IMG/VR virus record: IMGVR_UViG_3300026546_000001
Location: 64,001-128,000 of that record
Source of the DNA: a virus
Taxonomy: Duplodnaviria > Caudoviricetes
Direction: 5' to 3' (one strand)
Length of the DNA: 64,000 nt
Shown here: positions 31,501-41,113 of the stretch, piece after piece
Position numbering within the stretch: the first letter of the stretch is position 1
Layout of the letters: every line of letters starts with the position of its first letter
Notes under the pieces: generated by a model
Database searches by the model: none
The model's input: the letters and a program-made list of their open reading frames with translations, nothing else
What the model was told of the DNA's origin: nothing
Program-made: the position numbers and the translations under genes

Positions 31501-32610
31501 ATCATTAGTTGTTAAAATAACATCACCAACTTTATTATTAACTGAATCAACTGTGTTTACTTGTGCACCGTCTTCAATGCCTTCTAATTTAGTTCTTTCA
31601 GTATCAGTAATAATTTTACCACTTCCAGCATTAGATACATTATTTAATTCAATAACTGAATGAGATGAAAGATCTGTAATATCAGTTGGAACATTATAAA
31701 AATTGTTATAATCAAATGCATCTGCTTCTATTAAAGTAGGATCATATACAGATTTTAACATATCACCAGAAGTTGAATTTCCTGTTTCATCAATGGATGG
31801 TGTCCAATTTGTTCCGTCCCATTTTAAAATATGACCAACTGAAGGAGAAATTGTAGATGTATCTACGTCACTTAATTCATTAATTGATGATATATTTAAG
31901 TCAGCTAAAAAATATGATCTTTTGTAATATTTGTTAGATGATCCTTCTGGTAAATTATCTGTTGATTTATTAACAAATCTATTATCAAACCGTTGATCAG
32001 TCCAATATAAGTTGCTTCCTTCATCTATATCTGATGTATTTAGAACAACATCACCAACCTTATTATTAATAGAATCAACAGTGTTTACTTGTGCTCCTTC
32101 TTCAATACCTTCTAATTTAGTTCTTTCAGCGCTTGTAATTATTTGACCACTTCCAGCATCTGTAATGGAATCTAATACATTTTTATTATCATGCGTATGT
32201 CTTGCTGTAGTGTTAGCAGAAACATCAGAATTTAAAGATACTCGTGCGTCTTGATAATATAAATTATTTGATCCTTCATCTATATTATCTGTAATAAGAA
32301 CTACATCGCCAGTTTTTGTATTTACACTAGTTACTGGTGCAGGTGGACGATGCTGAAATGTTAAATTACCTGAACCATCTGTAGTTAAAACATCACCATC
32401 ATCACCGTCTGAATTAGGATATTTTAAATTATTAATTGTTATATTTGTTGCAGATATATTTATATTAGTTCCAGATATAGCTAATGAATCTCCTGATAAA
32501 GTAAATGTATTATAATTTACTAAACTTAAATTGTATATGTTTAATCCGTCAATTGCTGTGTGTGTAATTAAACCTCCACCGCCAATTACATTAAATGGTG
32601 AATTTGCCAT
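28525..32610 (-). CDS. long repeat-built tail fibre with C1q/BclA-like C-terminal head
   Basis: 10 x SG(K/Q)IITxxERTKLxGIExGAxVN, 3 x GDMLKSVYDPT, 2 x HTH motif, AGTYLI head. Confidence 0.7.
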   Translation of the reverse strand: MANSPFNVIGGGGLITHTAIDGLNIYNLSLVNYNTFTLSGDSLAISGTNINISATNITINNLKYPNSDGDDGDVLTTDGSGNLTFQHRPPAPVTSVNTKTGDVVLITDNIDEGSNNLYYQDARVSLNSDVSANTTARHTHDNKNVLDSITDAGSGQIITSAERTKLEGIEEGAQVNTVDSINNKVGDVVLNTSDIDEGSNLYWTDQRFDNRFVNKSTDNLPEGSSNKYYKRSYFLADLNISSINELSDVDTSTISPSVGHILKWDGTNWTPSIDETGNSTSGDMLKSVYDPTLIEADAFDYNNFYNVPTDITDLSSHSVIELNNVSNAGSGKIITDTERTKLEGIEDGAQVNTVDSVNNKVGDVILTTNDIFEGTNGLYYTDERVDIRISLANIEDLNNVDTVGVLVDQYLKYNGTNWVASDVPESLVTSVFTRTGDIIAESGDYSADLITYDNSTSGLSSTDVQTAIDELNNDLNNINIPQTTDDLPEGTNNLYYTDTRVSTVISNTSINELSDVNTTLITPGIGDVLKWDGSNWVPSVDNYSTAGDMLKSVYDPTNIEDDVFNFNNFYNIPTDITDLSSHSVTELNDVTDSGSGKIITDIERTKLDGIEDGAEVNVNANWNSTSGDSEILNKPTDLTDLSSHSVTELNDVTNAGSGKIITDTERTKLDGIEDGAQVNTVDSVNSKTGIVILDTDDISEGSNNLYYTDTRVSTNSDVSANTNARHTHNNKTELDNITDAGSGQIITNTERTKLDGIEDGAEVNVNADWNSTSGDSEILNKPTDITDLSSHSVTELNDVTDSGSGQIITDIERTKLAGIEDGAEVNIQSDWNESSSSSDAFILNKPTDLTDLSSHSVTELNDITDAGSGKIITDTERTKLTGIEDGAEVNVNADWNSTSGDSEILNKPTDITDLSSHSVTELNDITDAGSGKIITDTERTKLTGIEDGAEVNVQSDWNETNSTSDAFILNKPTVPTNLDDLSDVDTTGVTTDNVLQYDGSMWKPATISTNNGDMLKSVYDPTNIEDDAFDFNNFYNVPTDITDLSSHSVTELNDVTDSGSGKIITDTERTKLDGIEDGAEVNIQSDWNETSSSSDAFILNKPTDLTDLSSHSVTELNDVTDSGSGQIITDTERTKLAGIEDGAEVNTVDSVNGETGTVILDTDDISEGSNNLYYTDVRVLSYINTLSIDELADVDTTTVTPSVGNKLNWDGSNWVVTKIEDNYIELFQDTITTSIPRNGNNTPIPWDGLTHVGSNFTFSSGDTEITVNTAGTYLIGYNITLNGTTSSRTSSGAEIQVNSNVIDGSFSAGYHRNSSDGYGTISKSIIISLNANDKVVIYVRVIDGRALETVDNGSSLSILKL
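29100..32300 (-). repeat. mosaic coding repeats (186/192-bp units in the central part); boundaries approximate
   Basis: About 118 identical bp starting at 29755 and 29941. Confidence 0.85.
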
Positions 32611-32668
32611 GTATATAAAACAAATTTTTATTATATATTATAATTTATAAACTATATTAAAATTATTA

Positions 32669-33004
32669 ATGAAATATTATAAAGCAATTGTAAATTTACC
32701 TGGTCATAAGATAAATGATATATTGATAGAAACAAATGGTTTTTATATGTGGGAAAATGCTCCACATTATTCTTTTCCAGCAGAAGTAGTTGAAAACAAT
32801 AAAGAACATTTTGAAAGAATAGTCATAAATTATAATGAAGGAGAAAATATTTGGTATTTATCATTAAATGGTTTAATTATTGCAGATAAATTTAATATTT
32901 CAAAACATAGTAGTTTAGATGATTTTGGAAACTTATTTAAATCAGAAGAATCTGCAAAATCTGCTCAAAATGAAATAAAAGAAATTTTTAAAAAATATAA
33001 TTAA
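32669..33004 (+). CDS. hypothetical protein
   Basis: Opposite-strand gene in the tail cluster with its own AAAC-N17-TATAAT motif. Confidence 0.6.
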   Translation: MKYYKAIVNLPGHKINDILIETNGFYMWENAPHYSFPAEVVENNKEHFERIVINYNEGENIWYLSLNGLIIADKFNISKHSSLDDFGNLFKSEESAKSAQNEIKEIFKKYN

Positions 33005-35232
33005 AGTTTTGATAATAATTTATCAATTAATTCTTGCTGTTTATTGATAGTTTCTTGTTGTTTATCTACAATTTCTTTTAATTCTGATATTGCTTTATAT
33101 AATGGTGCAACCATTTTAGAATAATTTATTGCTTTAGTAATTTCTTCTGATTCAGCATCCTTTGTTTCAAATACAAATTCTGGATAAATATCTTCAATAT
33201 CTTGAGCTATAAAACCAAGCTGTTTTCTTTTATCTTTATCTGATTTTAAATTATATTCAACTGCTAATTTACCAGTTTCAACTACTTTATCTAATTCAGA
33301 ATTTAAATATTTTATATTTTCTTTTAACTTTCTATCTGATGTTGCAACCCAATCTGTTGCAGTTCCAGTACCAGACCAAGTTAGATCACCATCAGATTCC
33401 AAAGTAAATGTATGTTTATTAGACCAACTATCCCAATTATTAGTTGGAACATACATAAAAATACCACTTTCTCCTCCAACATAAACTGATTCTGCTGATA
33501 ATGAAACATTAGATTCAATTTGATATCTTGATTCACCGGCACCTAATATTAAACAATCATCTGCACCAATGCCAAGACCTCCATTTGCAGTATATCTTTT
33601 TATAGCATCTTTTGAATCTAATTTTAATATTGTTCCTGTATCAGGTGTATATGTTAACGTACCTGAAAAATAATCAGCTGCATCACTTCTAATAAACGAA
33701 CCAGCTTGAATACCATCAACTGTATCTGCATCTAATCCTGATCCAGACCCATCATTACCAGAATGCCAAACTTCTCTATAAACACCATTATAATATAACA
33801 TTAATTTTAAAGGAACAGATTGAGATTGACTATTATTGTCAGCTGGATATATTCTATGCTCATATGTTGCATCATCATAATATGATTTTGACATTCCGTC
33901 TGCGCCATCTTGTAAATGTATAGTACTATTTAAATATATACTAGTTCCCTTTATACTTCCATTTACATCTAATTTTTGACTTGGTGATGTAGTTCCTATA
34001 CCTAATCCACTATTATTAATAGTCATATAAGTTGTTGTACTATCTCCGTTTGTAAAACTTAAACCATTTGTTGTACTTCTTATTTGACCACCTTTTGCAT
34101 TATCATTATCTTGTGTTATTCTTAAAAACGCTGGATTTCCAATTCTATCTAAAATAATTCCACCATTTGCGTGACTTACAACAAATGCATATGTACCAGA
34201 AAATCCAGATAATGTAGAACCAATGTTAATTGTATCATCTACTTGTAAATCTGTAGTTATTCGAGCGTTTCCTGTTACGTCTAAATTATATGCAGGTGAA
34301 GTATTATAAATTCCAAATCTTTTATTAGCTCCATCAAAAGTAAAAATGTCACTCCCTACTGTTGCATAATCTCCATTTGTTTTACGTCCATATTTTAATT
34401 TAAAATAGGTATTATCATTAACAAAAGTCCAATTATTAGAGTAACTACCACCGTCCCATCTTGAAGTATGAAAATTTAAAGAATTAATATATGACCTATG
34501 ATTTTGATCTGTTCCATATTGTGTATCTATAGACCAAAAACCATTACCTGTAAAATCAGATGACTCAGATACAATTGTTCCTGTTTTTACATGTAATTTA
34601 TAATATGGATCAATTGTTCCTATACCAACATTTCCGTCTCCTCTCCATGACATTATATTATTTGACCATACATCTGTTGCTAATACTAATTTATTACCAG
34701 TGTTACCTGAGCCAGCAAAATAGCCTTTAAATACAAATTCATTTGTATCACCTTCAGAAAAACTTAATAAATTTGTATTATCTCCAGTTATATTACTAAT
34801 AGAAATCATTGCAGTTGGTGTTTTAGTGTTGATTCCAATTTTACTAGCAAAATATGCACTACCATCAGTTCGTAATATTAAATTTTCAGGATCATTAGTA
34901 CCATGAATAGAAACATAATCATCAATAGAACTATCATCTGATGGACAAATATGTATCACCCCCTTATTTGCATCATCTCCTGCAGCAGTTTCATGTACTA
35001 TAAATCCTGGATCACTTGAACCAGTTGCAGCAGTAAAATAAATTATATTTTGGTGTGTTGTTGTATTTGCAAAATGTGACGATAATCTAGATGCATCAAT
35101 AGATTTTATAGATATCATGCCATCTGCAATACTTAGTTCAGATCCAATTAATGTAGTATTACTATTATTAAAATTTCCAGAATGAAAAACTAAATGTCCG
35201 CCTATTGTTGTTCCAGCTTTTAAATTAGCCAT
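33001..35232 (-). CDS. tail fibre with C-terminal peptidase S74 intramolecular chaperone
   Basis: G(I/V)GTxxP repeats, SGLDADTVDG, TSDRKLKENI, GFIAQD, terminal coiled coil. Confidence 0.85.
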   Translation of the reverse strand: MANLKAGTTIGGHLVFHSGNFNNSNTTLIGSELSIADGMISIKSIDASRLSSHFANTTTHQNIIYFTAATGSSDPGFIVHETAAGDDANKGVIHICPSDDSSIDDYVSIHGTNDPENLILRTDGSAYFASKIGINTKTPTAMISISNITGDNTNLLSFSEGDTNEFVFKGYFAGSGNTGNKLVLATDVWSNNIMSWRGDGNVGIGTIDPYYKLHVKTGTIVSESSDFTGNGFWSIDTQYGTDQNHRSYINSLNFHTSRWDGGSYSNNWTFVNDNTYFKLKYGRKTNGDYATVGSDIFTFDGANKRFGIYNTSPAYNLDVTGNARITTDLQVDDTINIGSTLSGFSGTYAFVVSHANGGIILDRIGNPAFLRITQDNDNAKGGQIRSTTNGLSFTNGDSTTTYMTINNSGLGIGTTSPSQKLDVNGSIKGTSIYLNSTIHLQDGADGMSKSYYDDATYEHRIYPADNNSQSQSVPLKLMLYYNGVYREVWHSGNDGSGSGLDADTVDGIQAGSFIRSDAADYFSGTLTYTPDTGTILKLDSKDAIKRYTANGGLGIGADDCLILGAGESRYQIESNVSLSAESVYVGGESGIFMYVPTNNWDSWSNKHTFTLESDGDLTWSGTGTATDWVATSDRKLKENIKYLNSELDKVVETGKLAVEYNLKSDKDKRKQLGFIAQDIEDIYPEFVFETKDAESEEITKAINYSKMVAPLYKAISELKEIVDKQQETINKQQELIDKLLSKL

Positions 35233-35240
35233 ATATTTAT

Positions 35241-35289
35241 AATGATTTTATTATATATTAAAATACAATGATTTTATTATATATTAAAA
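35241..35289 (-). repeat. 23-bp direct repeat, each copy carrying the late-type promoter motif
   Basis: AATGATTTTATTATATATTAAAA at 35241 and 35267. Confidence 0.8.
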
Positions 35290-38151
35290 ATCAGATAAAT
35301 CACCACACTGAAATGTTCCATCACCTATCATTTTTATTTCTGTTGGTGTTGCTTCTCTAAATGAAATGTTTCTCCATTTTAATGTTCCAGAACCATCATA
35401 TCCAACTCTCATTGGATATATTAAACATCTTAAATTTCCAGTTGATCCAGCTTGCGCAATTGACCATCCATAAAACCATTTTTCATATGGTGAATTAGAA
35501 AATGTACTACTTCTAATTTCATTTCCTGATTCTTCGTGCTCTATTACACATGGATAATAATCAAAAGTGTTTCCTAATGATTGCCAAAACCAACCACTAA
35601 ATACATAATATTTACCACTTATTGTTGTAATATCAAATCCTTTATATACACCATCAGTATCTGTAAATGTAGTTTGATGATATTCACCTAATTCATCATT
35701 TTGATATGTTACTGTTCCATGACCACTTACAGTGTAAGAAATACTAGTACTTAATTCAGTTAATGGCCATAAATTTTCTCCTAATTCATTTATTTGTTTA
35801 ACTAAAAAAATTCCAGATTTTTTAATACTACCTTTAGTTTTTAATAATTGCTCAATTTCAGTTGTAGTTAAAACTTCATCATAAATATTAATATCATAAT
35901 GTGTTCCATTCCATATTGGTTGTGTACCAAATATCAATTTATTAATTTCTGTATTATTTATATCTATTGTAAATGAATGTTCAGTTTTATATACAGAATC
36001 TTGAATGATTTGAAATGAGAAAGAAGTAGATGTTTTTTTTGCAATCCAAATTATTTCTTTGTTTGAATCTATTGTATAATATTCATGAATATTAGACCAA
36101 CCATCTATCCAATCTCTAGCTGCTATAAATGGAACAGATTCACCATAATGATCACTATTAGTATCACCATTAACATAATATCTATAATCAACTAAATTGT
36201 TATTAACTTCATCTTTAAATCCAATTAATACTGAATTATTTGCACTATTAGAATACGTTGGATCATTTGTAAAAGCAGTTCTTGGTAAAAATTTACCCAT
36301 AATAGTTCCATATTTAAAATGACCTGGTATATGTAAATATAAAAATGTATCAAGTTTATATTTTTCTGTAAATTCACATACTCTAGGATATTCAGTTTGT
36401 TTTATTAGTTGTGATCCATATAATCTAACTTCGCATGTTGCAGGTGTATAATCATACATTTGAATTGCCATATGATCTGTTGCAGATTGAGTTGTAAATG
36501 TTCCCCAAATTCTATACCAACCATTTTCCATTGTTTCATAATATATTGCTTCACCGTGTTCGCGTAATTGATTACCACTTGAATCATATTCACGTATATA
36601 AATATTATTTACTGATGATATTGGAGCTGTAATACCTTTTACATTCTTTTTAAATATTGATACTGTATATACTGTACTTGAACTAATTCCATATACTGTA
36701 TCTGACGCTGCTAATCGCATTCCTAAATCACTTCCATCTGAAGACTCCCAACTCACAAATACTGCTTTAGTTGTTCCAGTTGGAGTAGATTCATCTTCAA
36801 CATACCCATATTGAATATTAGTTGCACTTCCCCATCCATATGCATATGGCCATATTCCAAGTGCCCCATGCGTTGTATTAACTAAATTTATAAATTGACT
36901 TTCAACTGGTAAACCTGTTTCAACTTTAGAACAATTTCCATTAAATTCAGTTAAGTTTATTATATGTCCAATTGATGTTTCATAATATGTACCTTCTAAA
37001 TTAGAATCAAATACTTTATACCAATAATCACCATTTTTACTAATGCTACGTATATTATCAATATAATATCTAGTATCACCATAATAATGCCATACAGTAA
37101 ATTTATGAATTGGATATATTTTACCCATATCTACTTGAGCATATATATCAACTGCATTTGTAACATATGCATAGCCAGCAGTTGCAATACTACCGTCTGT
37201 AATTTTTTCAGGAAGTGATATTGTTTGATTACCTGTGACAGATTTTTGATAACATAAATTATCTGTAACTGAAAATGGTTTCCATTCTGGTTTTTTATAT
37301 GCTTGAATTTCAACCCAATGATTATTAGCATTAACAGAATTACCAGATATTTGATCTCTAATATATCTTACATTACTGGGTTTATTTAATGCTTCAATAT
37401 ATATACTTAATTGATAAAATATAAAATATTTAAATCGTGTATTAAAATATATTGAACTAAACGTTCCAGCTTGATCATGTATTAATGATCCTCCTAATCC
37501 ATTATTTGGTTCATATATAAATCCCATTGTCGCATTTTCATCAATATCACTATGATAATAAAGTTGTTTTGCACCATAATTTAAATTTGATGCATAATAA
37601 TTTGGATCTGTACCAAGTGAACCAATAGATTCACCATGTCTTGTTTTAGTAATATGAGATACATTATATGATGTTATTGCTAAATGTGTATCTTCATTAG
37701 ATATAGAAACAGCTGTGAAAAATAGATTTGTTAATGTGTCATTTCCTGATGTTACAACAACTAAACCTTCATCTGCGCATTCTTTTGCTTTTGTCATTGA
37801 ACTACTTTGAACAGCCCAAACGTACATGTCTACAACAACTATATCATATGAAGATTTTAATGTACTTGCTGATTGTGCTTGAAAATCAGATTGAGACATT
37901 GGATTAGATATAGTTGCACCATACTCTAGTAATTTAGCGATTATATATTTTTTTGATGTATCATTTACATCATATGCAACCCATAGTACATTTAATCCTT
38001 TAAAACTATATACTTCAGGTTTTAAACTACCATGTTGTAATGAATATCTTAATCTTAAATTAGCAGTTCTGGTAAAAAATTTTTCTTCAATTTCACCATC
38101 TGTTATTTTTAATAATTCACTTTTGTATATTTTTAACGGTGTTGTCGCCAT
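35284..38151 (-). CDS. tail-associated protein with probable carbohydrate-binding beta-sandwich domains
   Basis: Discoidin-like VDMGKIY..VWHY segment, CBM-like NGWYRIWGTFT, position in the fibre cluster. Confidence 0.55.
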   Translation of the reverse strand: MATTPLKIYKSELLKITDGEIEEKFFTRTANLRLRYSLQHGSLKPEVYSFKGLNVLWVAYDVNDTSKKYIIAKLLEYGATISNPMSQSDFQAQSASTLKSSYDIVVVDMYVWAVQSSSMTKAKECADEGLVVVTSGNDTLTNLFFTAVSISNEDTHLAITSYNVSHITKTRHGESIGSLGTDPNYYASNLNYGAKQLYYHSDIDENATMGFIYEPNNGLGGSLIHDQAGTFSSIYFNTRFKYFIFYQLSIYIEALNKPSNVRYIRDQISGNSVNANNHWVEIQAYKKPEWKPFSVTDNLCYQKSVTGNQTISLPEKITDGSIATAGYAYVTNAVDIYAQVDMGKIYPIHKFTVWHYYGDTRYYIDNIRSISKNGDYWYKVFDSNLEGTYYETSIGHIINLTEFNGNCSKVETGLPVESQFINLVNTTHGALGIWPYAYGWGSATNIQYGYVEDESTPTGTTKAVFVSWESSDGSDLGMRLAASDTVYGISSSTVYTVSIFKKNVKGITAPISSVNNIYIREYDSSGNQLREHGEAIYYETMENGWYRIWGTFTTQSATDHMAIQMYDYTPATCEVRLYGSQLIKQTEYPRVCEFTEKYKLDTFLYLHIPGHFKYGTIMGKFLPRTAFTNDPTYSNSANNSVLIGFKDEVNNNLVDYRYYVNGDTNSDHYGESVPFIAARDWIDGWSNIHEYYTIDSNKEIIWIAKKTSTSFSFQIIQDSVYKTEHSFTIDINNTEINKLIFGTQPIWNGTHYDINIYDEVLTTTEIEQLLKTKGSIKKSGIFLVKQINELGENLWPLTELSTSISYTVSGHGTVTYQNDELGEYHQTTFTDTDGVYKGFDITTISGKYYVFSGWFWQSLGNTFDYYPCVIEHEESGNEIRSSTFSNSPYEKWFYGWSIAQAGSTGNLRCLIYPMRVGYDGSGTLKWRNISFREATPTEIKMIGDGTFQCGDLSDF

Positions 38152-38152
38152 A

Positions 38153-41002
38153 TTAATTAATTATAAAATCTATTGATTTGTCTGTATCATTCCATTGCAT
38201 TTTAAATCCAGATGTACCTGCAGTATTTAATACTTCAACATAATCACGAGCTTGTACGCGACCTTCAACTTTAGCATTTCCAGATGCAACATGTAGTTTT
38301 TCAACTGGACTAAATGTATTTATTCCAATATTTTTATTATCTAACAACGTTAATTGACTATTTCCTTCATCATCAATAAAATAATGATTCGCATATGATT
38401 CACGACCAGATAAATAAATTAAACCACGTAATGTTCCAGCATTACCATATAAATGTCCATACCAGTCGAATGTTATTTGTGATTCATATGTATGGTTCCA
38501 TGGTATATATGTATGTTTAAAAAACAAAGATTCTACATAATTATTAATATTTTCAATTTGTATGTTACCACCATATATTGATAATATTTCAGATGGATTT
38601 GTTGTTCCAATACCAACTTTTCCAGTTACATCAACTGATATTCTATTAATATTATTTGTTTTTATATGTACTTTATCATTAGTAATAGTACCAAAATAAA
38701 CATCATTTAAATTATAATCACCTTTACCTATAAACCAATGATATGAATCATTATTATAACCAACTATAGTTCCAGATGTATTTGCATCATATGATAATGC
38801 TAACATTCCAGTATTACCAGTTATTTTAAGTTGAGAATTAATGTCATTCCAATTTACGTTTGTAGTAGTTGTAAGTTTATTACTACCATTAGATATAACC
38901 ATATCTCCTGTGTTTCCATTACCACTTGTAGATGTTTCCCAACGCGTATTATCAGTAGATTCGTTTAAATATAATTTGCTCCAGTTTATAATTTCTATTA
39001 CTTCTCCAGCTGTGTTATATGCGTTTCTTAATTTTATAGTTGCTAATATAAACGATTCTTCACCAGTATCTGTATGACTATATCCATAATCTACTCCAGA
39101 GCCAGCTCCTGATCCATAATCAGCATATACATACATTACTGAATATCTATCAGCTGTATCATTAATATATTGCGTTTGAGATATTGTTGATGAAACTGTT
39201 CTTTTTTTATGTACATACGTTGTGCCACTTAAACCATAACCATAATATATTGTATATGATCCATTATCAGGTACAATTTCAGCAGTTATGCTAACTACAT
39301 CAGAAGAAACATCTGAAATAGTTACGTTTACAGTATATGTTCCAACGACATATGGAAAATGTATTGGTGTTAAACCAGTTAAATCTTTTCTTATTGTTGG
39401 TATATCTGCAGTTCCAACTTCACCCGTAGTATTAATAGTTGCCATTTTTATTTTAGTTGATGACAAATTAGATAGCTTTAACGTACCACTAATAGTTGCA
39501 TTACTATCTACAGATAACGTACCACTCATTGTTACATTACCTGATAAAGTACTTGTGCCACCAACTGATAAATTAGATGTAACAGATAAATCAGACGAAA
39601 TAGTAACATCATCATATAACTTAATGATTTTGTTTCCACCTCCTGAATTGTTACCTAATATCATCAATGCTTTATAATTTGAACTATCATTTATAATACC
39701 TGCACCTCCACCTGTATTTACAATATCATCAGGATCATAATTGTCGTATTGATTAAAATTAATAAATCCAGTTCTTAATCCCTCATTAAACGTTATTGTT
39801 TGTCCAGCAGTTCCTTCAGAATTTGTTTGTAAAAAATCGCTTGCGTGTTTACCATCTAAATAATCACTATTTAAATTAGTTACTAATGTTGTAGATGTGA
39901 CAATCATAGGTGCAGTTCCACTTGCTTTACTTAATGTTAATTGATCTGAAAATTTACCTGTTCCTGTAACATCTAAAATATATCCTGGAGAATTATTTCC
40001 AATACCAATTTTACCATTTGTATGCGCATAAAAAATATAATTTCCAGACGTATTTCTAAATCCAAATGCAGAATCATTAAACATTATATCACCCATGTAA
40101 GTATTTGAATTACCATGTAATTTTATACCTACTGCAGCAGAAGAAGATCTTAATGATAATGCTTCATTACTTCCATCACCAAATTTACCAGTTCCATTAA
40201 CATCTAGTTTTGCGCCTGGTGTAGTAACACCAATACCAACGTTTCCATCTTTATCAATATGTATTGCAGTTGTAGATCCTACATTTATATCAATTATTGG
40301 ATTAGTTCCTAAACTACTTATTACTGATTTACTAGACGTTGATTCAAATTTAAATGATAATGTATTACTAGTATCTTTACCAACATAAATTAATCTATCT
40401 GTTGTATCAAATACTGCTAAATTTCCTCCTTTAACACTTAATTTTTGAGATGGAGCAGTGTCAGATACGCCAACATTACCGTCTGTTGCTTCATATAATA
40501 CACTTTTAGTAATGTCTGTTGCACTACTATATTTTACAATATAATTATTTGTTCCACCTAAATCTTTTTGAATCCAATTTGATCCATCAAATCTTAAAAA
40601 ATTTCCTGTTACAGGTGTTCCAAGTGTTACATCACTTAAATCACCTAATGACGCGTTTGATATTCTAGCATCTACTCTATTATCAGTATAATATAAATTT
40701 GTTGATCCTTCAGATATATTATCTGTATTTAAGACAACATCTCCTGTTAATGTATTAACACTTGTAACTGGTGCAGATGGCGGTACAGCAAATTGTAAAT
40801 TTCCTTGTCCATCTGTTACTAATACGTTTCCATATGCACCATCAGTTCCTGGATATTTTATATCATTTATGTATACATCGTTTCCTTGTAATTTTAAAGA
40901 ATTAAAGTTAATTAATTCTAAGTTATGCGTATTTAATCCATCTACACTAGTGTTACCAATTAATCCACCACCACCAATAACATTTAAATTTTTTACAGAC
41001 AT
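38153..41002 (-). CDS. tail fibre protein
   Basis: GNVGIGxxxP repeats, NLNSDYLDG, N-terminus shared with 28525..32610. Confidence 0.75.
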   Translation of the reverse strand: MSVKNLNVIGGGGLIGNTSVDGLNTHNLELINFNSLKLQGNDVYINDIKYPGTDGAYGNVLVTDGQGNLQFAVPPSAPVTSVNTLTGDVVLNTDNISEGSTNLYYTDNRVDARISNASLGDLSDVTLGTPVTGNFLRFDGSNWIQKDLGGTNNYIVKYSSATDITKSVLYEATDGNVGVSDTAPSQKLSVKGGNLAVFDTTDRLIYVGKDTSNTLSFKFESTSSKSVISSLGTNPIIDINVGSTTAIHIDKDGNVGIGVTTPGAKLDVNGTGKFGDGSNEALSLRSSSAAVGIKLHGNSNTYMGDIMFNDSAFGFRNTSGNYIFYAHTNGKIGIGNNSPGYILDVTGTGKFSDQLTLSKASGTAPMIVTSTTLVTNLNSDYLDGKHASDFLQTNSEGTAGQTITFNEGLRTGFINFNQYDNYDPDDIVNTGGGAGIINDSSNYKALMILGNNSGGGNKIIKLYDDVTISSDLSVTSNLSVGGTSTLSGNVTMSGTLSVDSNATISGTLKLSNLSSTKIKMATINTTGEVGTADIPTIRKDLTGLTPIHFPYVVGTYTVNVTISDVSSDVVSITAEIVPDNGSYTIYYGYGLSGTTYVHKKRTVSSTISQTQYINDTADRYSVMYVYADYGSGAGSGVDYGYSHTDTGEESFILATIKLRNAYNTAGEVIEIINWSKLYLNESTDNTRWETSTSGNGNTGDMVISNGSNKLTTTTNVNWNDINSQLKITGNTGMLALSYDANTSGTIVGYNNDSYHWFIGKGDYNLNDVYFGTITNDKVHIKTNNINRISVDVTGKVGIGTTNPSEILSIYGGNIQIENINNYVESLFFKHTYIPWNHTYESQITFDWYGHLYGNAGTLRGLIYLSGRESYANHYFIDDEGNSQLTLLDNKNIGINTFSPVEKLHVASGNAKVEGRVQARDYVEVLNTAGTSGFKMQWNDTDKSIDFIIN

Positions 41003-41052
41003 TAAATAATAATATTATTTTTTATTATATATTATTATTTTAATATAATTAT

Positions 41053-41086
41053 AAAAAAAAATCCCAATATAAAAATATTGGGATTT
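41053..41086 (-). terminator. intrinsic terminator after the M28 peptidase gene
   Basis: AAATCCCAATAT/ATATTGGGATTT stem with an A run on the + strand. Confidence 0.7.
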
Positions 41087-41113
41087 AATTTTTTTTTATT
41101 AAATAATAAAAAG

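Noticed and set aside
24739-41002. Diversity-generating retroelement acting on the fibres
   Set aside because: No reverse transcriptase and no adenine-specific template/variable repeat pair seen
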